From assembly GCA_945868215.1 (NCBI GenBank), contig CAMBLN010000001.1, forward strand, positions 5,424-69,423: a DNA stretch of 64,000 bases, read 5' to 3'. A program made the translations under genes and the position numbers. Numbering within the stretch: the stretch's first letter is position 1; each line of letters opens with the position of its first letter. Of this stretch, positions 49,020-56,931 are shown one piece after another. Under the pieces are notes generated by a model. That model worked only from the letters and a program-made list of their open reading frames with translations. It was not told the origin of the DNA and made no database searches. The DNA comes from Opitutus sp. GAS368. GTDB taxonomy: Bacteria; Verrucomicrobiota; Verrucomicrobiia; Opitutales; Opitutaceae.

Positions 49020-50522
49020 GTGTCCGATCACCCCATTACCGATCACGGAGCCGTTGCCGACGCCCAAACCCTTAATCACGACGCGATCAACAGATTGATC
49101 GCCTCCGTCTCCGCCGCCGGCGGCGGGCGGGTCGTGGTGCCATGCGGCGTGTTTCTCGCCGGCACCATCGAACTCAAATCCAACGTCACTCTCCACCTCG
49201 AGGAGGGAGCGGTGCTGCTCGGCTCGCCCAATCTGGCCGATTACCAGAGCCGCGTCTGGGGACATCACGACGACATCTCGCCGTGGCACTTCATCCTTGC
49301 CGAGGATCAGCACCATATCGCCCTCACCGGCCGCGGCACCATTCGCGGCAACGGTCCCGCGTTTTGGGAGCCCACCCGGCGCGACGAATGGAGTTTCTTC
49401 ATCGCGCGCAAACGCGAGCGCCCCAGCCCCATGATCGAGATCGTGCGCTGCCGCCACGTCCTCATCGACGGCATCCGCATCGAGGAGTCGCCCGGTTGGA
49501 CGCTCCACGGCCACGACTGCGATCACTTGCGCATCGAGGGCATCACCATTCGCAATACCAACTTCGGGCCCAACGTGGACGGCATCGACCTCACCGGTTG
49601 TCACGATGCCATCATTCACGGTTGCGACATCGACACCGGTGACGACGCCATCGCGCTCAAAAGCAGCGAATACTCCCGCTCCGTCGAGCGCATCGCCATC
49701 AGCGACTGCATCCTCCGCACCTCCTGCGTCGGCGTCCGCATTGGCTACGAATCGCGCGAGGACTTCCGCGACATCGTCATCACCAACCTCGTCATTCCCC
49801 GCTGCACGCGCGTCTTCGACCTGCGCGCCGTCGAGGGCTGCACCATCGAGCGTGTTCGTATTACGAACATTGTCGCCTCCACCGACGGCGGCTGGCCCGC
49901 CACCCGCGCCATCGAACTCGTCCAACTGGACCGGCCTAACGTTTACAAAGACCTGCTCCCGCCCGAGCACCCCGACTACGGCAAGGACAAGCCGCTCACC
50001 CGCCCCAGCATCATCCGCGACGTGTCGTTCACCGGGCTCGACATCACCACCGACGGCCGCATCCACCTCATCGGCAAACCCGGCCAACCCATCGAGGGCG
50101 TGCGCTTCTCCGACCTCCGCCTGCGCTACCCCGTGCTCGACGACTTCCGGCCCTTCAGGAACGCCCAGAGCACCGGCTTCATTCCCGGCGACTACGCCGA
50201 GACCCGCTCCGCCAACGCCGCCTTCGTCCTCCACCACGTCCGCGACCTCGAGATCGAGGGCCTCCGCCTCCGCTGGCCCACTTACCCCGTCACCACGAGT
50301 TGGCGCATGTTCGAGAGCACCAACGCCCGCCTCTCGACCTACTGGCACGGCAACGTGGAAAAAATCCGCGCCGGCGAACTCCGCGCCCCCTATCACCTCG
50401 TCTGGGCCCGCGACGCCGAGGCCCGCGTATCCGGTCGCCAACTACACGCGAGCGAGCCCGGCCTCCCCGCCATCGACGCCGACCCCGGCAGCCGCGTAAC
50501 CCTCCAGGACAACTTCGCATGA
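49020..50522 (+). CDS. GH28-like parallel beta-helix glycoside hydrolase #1
   Basis: INRLIASVSAAGGGRVVVP, GTIELKSNVTLHLEEGAVLLGS, NVDGID, GDDAIALKS. Confidence 0.82.
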   Translation: MSDHPITDHGAVADAQTLNHDAINRLIASVSAAGGGRVVVPCGVFLAGTIELKSNVTLHLEEGAVLLGSPNLADYQSRVWGHHDDISPWHFILAEDQHHIALTGRGTIRGNGPAFWEPTRRDEWSFFIARKRERPSPMIEIVRCRHVLIDGIRIEESPGWTLHGHDCDHLRIEGITIRNTNFGPNVDGIDLTGCHDAIIHGCDIDTGDDAIALKSSEYSRSVERIAISDCILRTSCVGVRIGYESREDFRDIVITNLVIPRCTRVFDLRAVEGCTIERVRITNIVASTDGGWPATRAIELVQLDRPNVYKDLLPPEHPDYGKDKPLTRPSIIRDVSFTGLDITTDGRIHLIGKPGQPIEGVRFSDLRLRYPVLDDFRPFRNAQSTGFIPGDYAETRSANAAFVLHHVRDLEIEGLRLRWPTYPVTTSWRMFESTNARLSTYWHGNVEKIRAGELRAPYHLVWARDAEARVSGRQLHASEPGLPAIDADPGSRVTLQDNFA

Positions 50523-51922
50523 GCGACCACAACGTCCTCGATTACCAGGCCGTCGCCGACGGCCTCGCCGACGACGCCCCCGCCCTACAGCGCGCCATCG
50601 ACGCCGCCCACGCCGCCGGCGGCGGTCGCGTGGTCGTCCCCGCCGGCTCCCGCGTCCGCGCCGGCTCCTTCGAGCTCCGCTCCCGCGTGGAACTCCACGT
50701 CGCGCGCGGCGCCGTCCTCGTCTCCGCCACCACCCTCGAGGCCTTCCCTCGCCGCGTCTTCGATTCCGGCGACGAAGCCGATAAGCGCCTCTGGATCGGC
50801 GCGTCGCACGCCGAGGACATCACCCTCTCCGGCACCGGAGTGATCGACGGCCAGTGCCACGCCTTCGCCCTCGGCCAAAACGAACACATCTACACCCCCA
50901 CCCTCAAGTGGCGTCCCGCCCTCACTTGCTTCGAGGACGTCCGCCGCCTCGTCGTCCGCGACCTCACCTTCCGCAACGCCGCCAACTGGACCCTCCACTT
51001 CACCGGCTGCCAGGACGTCTCCGTCCACGACGTCAAAATCTTCAACGACCTCCGCTTCCCCAACGCCGACGGCATCGACCCCGACCACTGCCAGCGCGTC
51101 AACATCGCCCGCTGCCATATCGTCTCCGCCGACGACTGCATCGTCCTCAAAAACACCGCCCAGTTCACCCGCTACGGCCCCTGCGAGGACATCGACGTCT
51201 CCGACTGCCGTCTCGAATCCGTCTCCGCCGCCTTCAAGATCGGCTCCGAATCCCACGGCGATTTCCGCCGCATCCGTGTCCGCGATTGCGTTATCGAACG
51301 CTCCCACCGCGGCCTCGCCTTCCAACTCCGCGACGGCGGCTCCGTCGAGGACGTCGAGTTCCGCAACATCACCGTCAACACCCGCCGCTTCGCCCCCGTC
51401 TTCTGGGGCGCCGGCGAAGCCCTCTACGTCACCGCCCTCGCCCGCCTCCCCGGCGGCCCCGTTAGCGAGCTCCACAACATCCGCTTCCACGACATCCGCT
51501 GCTCCGGCGAAAACGGCGTCGTCATCTACTCCCAGGTTCCGGGCCGCATCCACGACGTCCTCCTCGAACGCGTGCACGTGGAAATCCTCCGCACCACCCC
51601 CTGGCCGTCCGGCCTCCTTGACCTTCGCCCCTGCCCGCCCGGATACCTGCCCCCCGGCGCTTCCCCCGCCGATGTATCCACTCCTTGGGGACAGCCCGCC
51701 CTGCGCCCGCCCTCCATGTTTTCAGTCGAGGGCGCCACGCACGTCGAGCTCCGCGAGGTGACGGCCACGGCCTCCACCCGCGACGATTTTTCCTGGGCCT
51801 GGCTGACCGCCGACCACCCCACCCGCGGTCAAGTGCTCGACTCCTCAACCGGCCAGATCCCCCCTCGCCCCTCGCCCTTTTCGGCATCCTTGGATCCCGC
51901 CTCTCTTACTCCGTCCTCGTGA
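50519..51922 (+). CDS. GH28-like glycoside hydrolase #2
   Basis: ATG at 50519 (ATGA overlap); LQRAIDAAHAAGGGRVVVP, NADGID, ADDCIVLKN, AFKIGSES. Confidence 0.82.
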   Translation: MSDHNVLDYQAVADGLADDAPALQRAIDAAHAAGGGRVVVPAGSRVRAGSFELRSRVELHVARGAVLVSATTLEAFPRRVFDSGDEADKRLWIGASHAEDITLSGTGVIDGQCHAFALGQNEHIYTPTLKWRPALTCFEDVRRLVVRDLTFRNAANWTLHFTGCQDVSVHDVKIFNDLRFPNADGIDPDHCQRVNIARCHIVSADDCIVLKNTAQFTRYGPCEDIDVSDCRLESVSAAFKIGSESHGDFRRIRVRDCVIERSHRGLAFQLRDGGSVEDVEFRNITVNTRRFAPVFWGAGEALYVTALARLPGGPVSELHNIRFHDIRCSGENGVVIYSQVPGRIHDVLLERVHVEILRTTPWPSGLLDLRPCPPGYLPPGASPADVSTPWGQPALRPPSMFSVEGATHVELREVTATASTRDDFSWAWLTADHPTRGQVLDSSTGQIPPRPSPFSASLDPASLTPSS

Positions 51923-54000
51923 ACCCCTCCGCCCCCCGCCTCGGCGCCCAGGTCTTCATCAACCGCACCGACACCCCCGGCCAGGTCGCCGCCCACTTCG
52001 CGACCCTCGCCGCCTCCGGCCTCCGCCTCGCCCGGCTCTTCGTCTTCTGGGATCACGTCAACCCGTCCCGTGACACGTGGATCTGGCACAACTACGACGC
52101 CGCCTTCGACGCCGCCGCCCGCCATGGCATCGGCGTCGTGCCCACCCTGTTCGCCCAATGCCCCCCCGGCTGGCTCCGCCTCACCCAAGGCAACCAATCC
52201 GTCGGCCCGCTCGAAAACCCCGCCCTCCGCGCCGCCTCTCTCGACTACGTCCGCCGCACCGTCTCCCGCTGGGCCGCCCACCCCGCCCTCGACTCCTGGA
52301 TCACATGGAACGAGGCCTCGCTCACCCTCCCGCGCGACAACTCCACCCTCCCGCTCTTTCAGGCGTGGCTGCGCACCCGTTACGCGGACGACATCAGCCG
52401 CTACAACCGCCAATACTACCGCCAGTTCGCCTCCTTCGCCGAGATCGACTTCGAGCCACTCAACCAGCTCTCCCCCATCCCCTCGCGCACCGAGACCGCC
52501 GACTGGATCGACTTCTCCGCCGACTACCTCGTCGCCAAGCTCCGCGAACTCAACGACGCGATCCGCGCCCTCGACGCGCACCACCCCGTCCACCTCAACC
52601 CCCACAACCTCCTCGAAGCCAAAACACTCCGCGCCGGCCAATCCATCTGGCGCGAAGCCGCCGCCTTCGACTTTCTCGGCTGCTCCCTCCACCCCGTCTG
52701 GCACTGCACGCGTTACCCCGCCCAACGCCGCCTCGACGCCGTCGCCCTCACCAACGACCTCATGCGCGCCGCCACCCCCGGGCCCGAACAACATTACTGG
52801 GTCTCCGAACTCCAGGGCGGCCCCGCCCTCCTCAGCGGCTTCGAACCCGGCACCCCCACCCCGCTCGATCTCCACGCCTGGCTCTGGGAATCACTCGGGG
52901 CCGGCGCCCGCGCCATCGTGTTCTGGTCCCTCAACGTCCGCACCGACGGCGGCGAGGGCGGCGAATGGGCCCTGCTTGACTGCCTCGGCCGCCCTTCCCG
53001 CCGCCTCCAAGCCGCGTCTCGCGTCGCCGCCTCCATCAATCGCCACGCCGCCCTGCTCGGCCCCGCCCGCCCGCCTTCCACCCCGATCAAAATCCTCCAC
53101 TCCGAAGCCACCTGGCGGCTCGGCCTCCTGGAAGGCTCCGACGAAACCCCCAACCTCCCGCGCAACCGCGAAGCCGCCGCCGACGCCCTCGGCGCCGCCC
53201 ACGCGCTCCTCGCCCCGCTCGGCCACGAAATCGGCTTCCTCGACGAGCCCGCCGTCCTCCGCCGCGCCTGGTTCGCCGATACCCGCCTCCTCGTCCTCCC
53301 CGGCTGCTACGTCCTTGAAGAGGGCACCCTCGCCGTCCTCCGCGACTTCGTCGCCCAGGGCGGCATCGTCGTCGCCGACGATCTCTGCGGCTGGAAAGAC
53401 CCCGCCGCTTGGGTGCGCCTCGGCCCCGCCGCCGAGCCCCACGCCGCCCTCTTCGGCGCCGACCTCGCCGACTACGAAGCCCACTCCGCCCCGCTCTCCC
53501 TCTCCCCGGAATCTTCCGCGCCCCTCGTCGGCTGGCTCGTTCGTGCCGACCTTGAACCCCGCCCCGACACCGGCACCACCGTCCTCGCCCGCTGGCCCGA
53601 CGGCCCCGCCGCCATCACCGCCCACGAACACCCGTCCGGCGGCTGCGCCTTGCGCCTCGGCACCCGCTTCTTCCAACCCGCCTTCACCGACCCCGTCGCC
53701 GCCAAAAACAACGGCACCTGGCTTCGCACTTGGCTCCGCTCCCGCCTCCCCGCCGCAAGCTTCACCCTTGCCGGCGCACCACCCGGCATCCGCCTCCGCC
53801 AACTCACCCACCCCGAGGGCACCCTCCTCATCGTCTACGACCCATCCGCCCGCGCCTCCACCTTTACCCTGTCCGCCCCGATGCCGGGGCTCTGGCGGCT
53901 GTCCTCCAGCTTACCGCCCTTCGCCACCGGCCAGTCCTGCCACGTCGAACTTTCCCCCCAAGAACCCGCCCTCGTTCTCTTTACCCCCCTCAACCCTTGA
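51919..54000 (+). CDS. GH42-like beta-galactosidase (clan GH-A) with trimerisation domain
   Basis: GTG at 51919 (GTGA overlap); WITWNE acid/base, FQAWLRTRY..., WVSELQGG nucleophile, LLVLPG trimerisation domain. Confidence 0.75.
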   Translation: MNPSAPRLGAQVFINRTDTPGQVAAHFATLAASGLRLARLFVFWDHVNPSRDTWIWHNYDAAFDAAARHGIGVVPTLFAQCPPGWLRLTQGNQSVGPLENPALRAASLDYVRRTVSRWAAHPALDSWITWNEASLTLPRDNSTLPLFQAWLRTRYADDISRYNRQYYRQFASFAEIDFEPLNQLSPIPSRTETADWIDFSADYLVAKLRELNDAIRALDAHHPVHLNPHNLLEAKTLRAGQSIWREAAAFDFLGCSLHPVWHCTRYPAQRRLDAVALTNDLMRAATPGPEQHYWVSELQGGPALLSGFEPGTPTPLDLHAWLWESLGAGARAIVFWSLNVRTDGGEGGEWALLDCLGRPSRRLQAASRVAASINRHAALLGPARPPSTPIKILHSEATWRLGLLEGSDETPNLPRNREAAADALGAAHALLAPLGHEIGFLDEPAVLRRAWFADTRLLVLPGCYVLEEGTLAVLRDFVAQGGIVVADDLCGWKDPAAWVRLGPAAEPHAALFGADLADYEAHSAPLSLSPESSAPLVGWLVRADLEPRPDTGTTVLARWPDGPAAITAHEHPSGGCALRLGTRFFQPAFTDPVAAKNNGTWLRTWLRSRLPAASFTLAGAPPGIRLRQLTHPEGTLLIVYDPSARASTFTLSAPMPGLWRLSSSLPPFATGQSCHVELSPQEPALVLFTPLNP

Positions 54001-54005
54001 TCGCC

Positions 54006-54470
54006 ATGTTACCTCGCCTCCTCCTCGCCCTTCTCCCCTTCGCCTTCCTCGCCCCCTGCATCGGCGCCTCCGCTTCGGTCGCCCCACCCGTCCATCCGCG
54101 TCTTTTCTTCGACGCCTCCGCCGTCCCCGCCGTCCGCGAACGCGCCGCCACCGACGGTTCCGCCCTGCTCGCCACAACCGAGGGCTTCGCGCTTGCCGTC
54201 GACTTCTCGGGCGCCTCGGGTGCCGACGCCCTGATCGTCACCCGCGGCGGCGGCGCACCGAGACCGTTCGCCGCGAACACCGCACCACGCGCCCGCCTCG
54301 TCGAGCTTGGCGACTATCGCGTCCTCAGCCTCTCCGCTGCCGGCAACCACCCGGTTGCCACGCTGGACGGCGACACCGTCGTGGTCGGCGCACAGCGCCT
54401 CCGCCTTTCCCCCGATACCGAGCCGTCCGCCTCCGTCTTTGAAGCGGTCAACCCACTCATTTCTCCGTGA
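54006..54470 (+). pseudogene. Short exported ORF, probable internally deleted remnant of a heparinase II/III-like (DUF4962-type) gene
   Basis: Signal peptide followed by HPRLFFDASAVPAVRERAA (typical start of such proteins), joined directly to a beta-rich segment resembling a C-terminal region; only 154 aa. Confidence 0.4.
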
Positions 54471-55897
54471 ACACCAGCCACAACATCCTCGCCCACGGCG
54501 CCGCCGCCGACCTTGCGATCAACTCCGCGCCCGCCCTCCAGCGCGCCATCGATGCCGCCCACGCCGCCGGCGGCGGCACCGTCATCGTGCCCGCCGGCCT
54601 CGCCTTTATGTGCGGCTCCCTCCTGCTCCGCTCCCGCGTGCGGCTGCACTTGGAGCCGGGCTCGCGGCTCGTCGCCTCGCCCGACATCGCCGACTACGTC
54701 AACTACGACCACCTGCCGCTCTTCCGTGACTCCGACTTCTGCCGCTTCTGGCTCTTCGCCCACGATGCCGACGAGGTGACCATCGACGGCTCCGGCACCC
54801 TCGACGGCAACTCCCCCGCCTTCGTCACCGAGCGCCTGCCCACCCACACCAAAGCCCGCAACCCGCGCGCCCAGTCCGTCGTTTTCCTCGGATGCCGCGA
54901 CATCGTCGTCCGCGGTATCCGCATCATCAATACGCCTTCCTGGGCTCTTCGCCCCGCCGGCTGCGACCGCGTCCTCATCGAGGGCATCACCATCCTCAAC
55001 GACCTCGGACTGGTGAATTCCGACGGCATCGACATCGATTGCTGCCGCTCCGTGCGGATCGCGAACTGCCACGTCGAGGCCGGCGACGACGCCGTCAGCA
55101 TAAAGGGCCGGCGCGAGATCGCCGCCGCCGGCTACGGAGCCTGCGAAGACATCGTCGTCACCGGTTGCGTGCTCGAATCGCACTGCGTCGCCTTCCGCCT
55201 CGGGCTGGAATCCCACGTCGATTTCCGCCGCATCGTGTTTTCCAATTCCACCATCCGCCGTTCGCACCGCGGCATCGGCGTCGACTGCCGCGACGCCTCC
55301 ACCTGCGAGGACGTGCTGTTCTCCAACCTCGTCATCGAGACCATCCACAGCCCGCGGGTGTGGTGGCACGAGGGCGAGGCCATCTGGATCTGCCAGGTCC
55401 CCTATGTCGGCAAAACCGCCGGCGACGCCCCCGCGCCCGTCGCCCGCCTCCGCAACCTCGTCTTCCGCGACATCCTCATCCGCGCCGAACAGGGCATCTA
55501 CATCCAGGGCGCCGACGGACAACACCCGCCCTCCGACCTCCTCTTCGCCAACGTCCGCGTCCACCTCCACAAACACACCGCGCACCCCTGCGGCTTCTTC
55601 GACCCGCGCCCCAACGCCCCCGGCTTCGCCCCCGCCGGCCACCAGGGCGAGGAAGAGCCCACGCCCTGGGGCACGCTCTTCCGCCACGGCCTGCCCGCCA
55701 TCTACCTCGACCGGACGCATGACGTCACCTTCCGCGATTGCCGCGTCACGTGGGAACCGGGGCTGCCTGCGGCCTACACCCACGCCCTTGAAGCCCACGC
55801 CAGCCCCGGCCTCGTCCTGGAAAATTTCCACGGCGCCGCCGCCCAAGCCGCTTTGCCGGCCCTGTCCCTGCACGGCCCGGCGCCCCTCATCCGCTGA
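54467..55897 (+). CDS. GH28-like glycoside hydrolase #3
   Basis: GTGA overlap; LQRAIDAAHAAGGGTVIVP, NSDGID, GDDAVSIKG, AFRLGLES. Confidence 0.82.
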   Translation: MNTSHNILAHGAAADLAINSAPALQRAIDAAHAAGGGTVIVPAGLAFMCGSLLLRSRVRLHLEPGSRLVASPDIADYVNYDHLPLFRDSDFCRFWLFAHDADEVTIDGSGTLDGNSPAFVTERLPTHTKARNPRAQSVVFLGCRDIVVRGIRIINTPSWALRPAGCDRVLIEGITILNDLGLVNSDGIDIDCCRSVRIANCHVEAGDDAVSIKGRREIAAAGYGACEDIVVTGCVLESHCVAFRLGLESHVDFRRIVFSNSTIRRSHRGIGVDCRDASTCEDVLFSNLVIETIHSPRVWWHEGEAIWICQVPYVGKTAGDAPAPVARLRNLVFRDILIRAEQGIYIQGADGQHPPSDLLFANVRVHLHKHTAHPCGFFDPRPNAPGFAPAGHQGEEEPTPWGTLFRHGLPAIYLDRTHDVTFRDCRVTWEPGLPAAYTHALEAHASPGLVLENFHGAAAQAALPALSLHGPAPLIR

Positions 55898-55914
55898 CTC
55901 GTCACAGGCTTTAC

Positions 55915-56571
55915 ATGCACCCGCTTCCTCCAGGTTCCCGACTTCTTTTCCTTGGCGACAGCATCACCGACTGCGGCCGCGACCGCGCCAAGGACGGCTC
56001 GCCAAACCCGGCCGATCTCGGCCTGGGCCTCGGCTCCGGCTATGCCCTGCTGCTCGCCGCCCGCTTCCTCGCCGCTCAGGCCGGAGACGGACTCGATATC
56101 CGCAACCTCGGCATCTCCGGCAACCGCGTCGTCGATATCGCCGCCCGCGCCCAGGAGCACATCTGGAACCTGCGCCCCACCCACCTTTCCATTCTCGTCG
56201 GCGTGAACGACACGTGGCACCACTTCATGCGCGGCGCCGGCGTAGACCTCCCCCGTTACGAGCGCGCCTACCGCCAGCTTCTCGCCGACACCTATGAACG
56301 GCTCCCCGGCGTCCGCTTCATCCTTTGCGAGCCCTTCCTGCTCCCCTGCGGTGTCGCCGCCTCCGGTTGGCGGGAGGAAATCGATCAACGCCGCGCCGTT
56401 GTCGTCCGCCTCGCGCAGGAATTCTCCGCGGTGCTCGTCCCCTTCCAGTCGGCCTTTGATGAAGCCCGCCTCCGCGCCCCGGCCGAATACTGGGCGCCCG
56501 ACGGCGTGCACCCCTCCCCCGCCGGCCACCGCCTCATGGCCGACACCTGGCTCGCCGCCGTTCGAGCTTAA
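55915..56571 (+). CDS. SGNH/GDSL-family esterase (possible carbohydrate deacetylase)
   Basis: FLGDSITD, GISGNR, GVND and DGVHP blocks. Confidence 0.9.
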   Translation: MHPLPPGSRLLFLGDSITDCGRDRAKDGSPNPADLGLGLGSGYALLLAARFLAAQAGDGLDIRNLGISGNRVVDIAARAQEHIWNLRPTHLSILVGVNDTWHHFMRGAGVDLPRYERAYRQLLADTYERLPGVRFILCEPFLLPCGVAASGWREEIDQRRAVVVRLAQEFSAVLVPFQSAFDEARLRAPAEYWAPDGVHPSPAGHRLMADTWLAAVRA

Positions 56572-56833
56572 CCCGTGCGAGGTCGGCGATGTCGCCCGAT
56601 CGCCGCCATTTGTATTAATTTTCTCGATACGTCTTGGCCTTGCTCGCCTCCCTGCGCCGCTACCTCCCCGTTGCATGTGGCCGCGCCGCCGCCTGTCGCG
56701 ACAATTCAGCGGTCTATTCAAATCACTTTCGCGCAGGTCGCTCACCAATGGTCACGAAAAGCGTAAATAATTACGTAAAATTATACACGACGTGTATTTC
56801 ACCTTTTAGTTAACAAACAAATCCAACACTTAC

Positions 56834-56845
56834 TTGATCGTTAAA
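56834..56845. promoter_or_regulatory. Putative operator box TTGATCGTTAAA
   Basis: The reverse complement TTTAACGATCAA matches the consensus; upstream of the cytochrome/CBM gene. Confidence 0.4.
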
Positions 56846-56931
56846 GTATCGCGGCTAAACCTTTATAAGTCCAACCCCCTCGCGACTGGTTCAGCTGCGG
56901 AACACCACCCCAACCACCGATCCCGGCCCTC

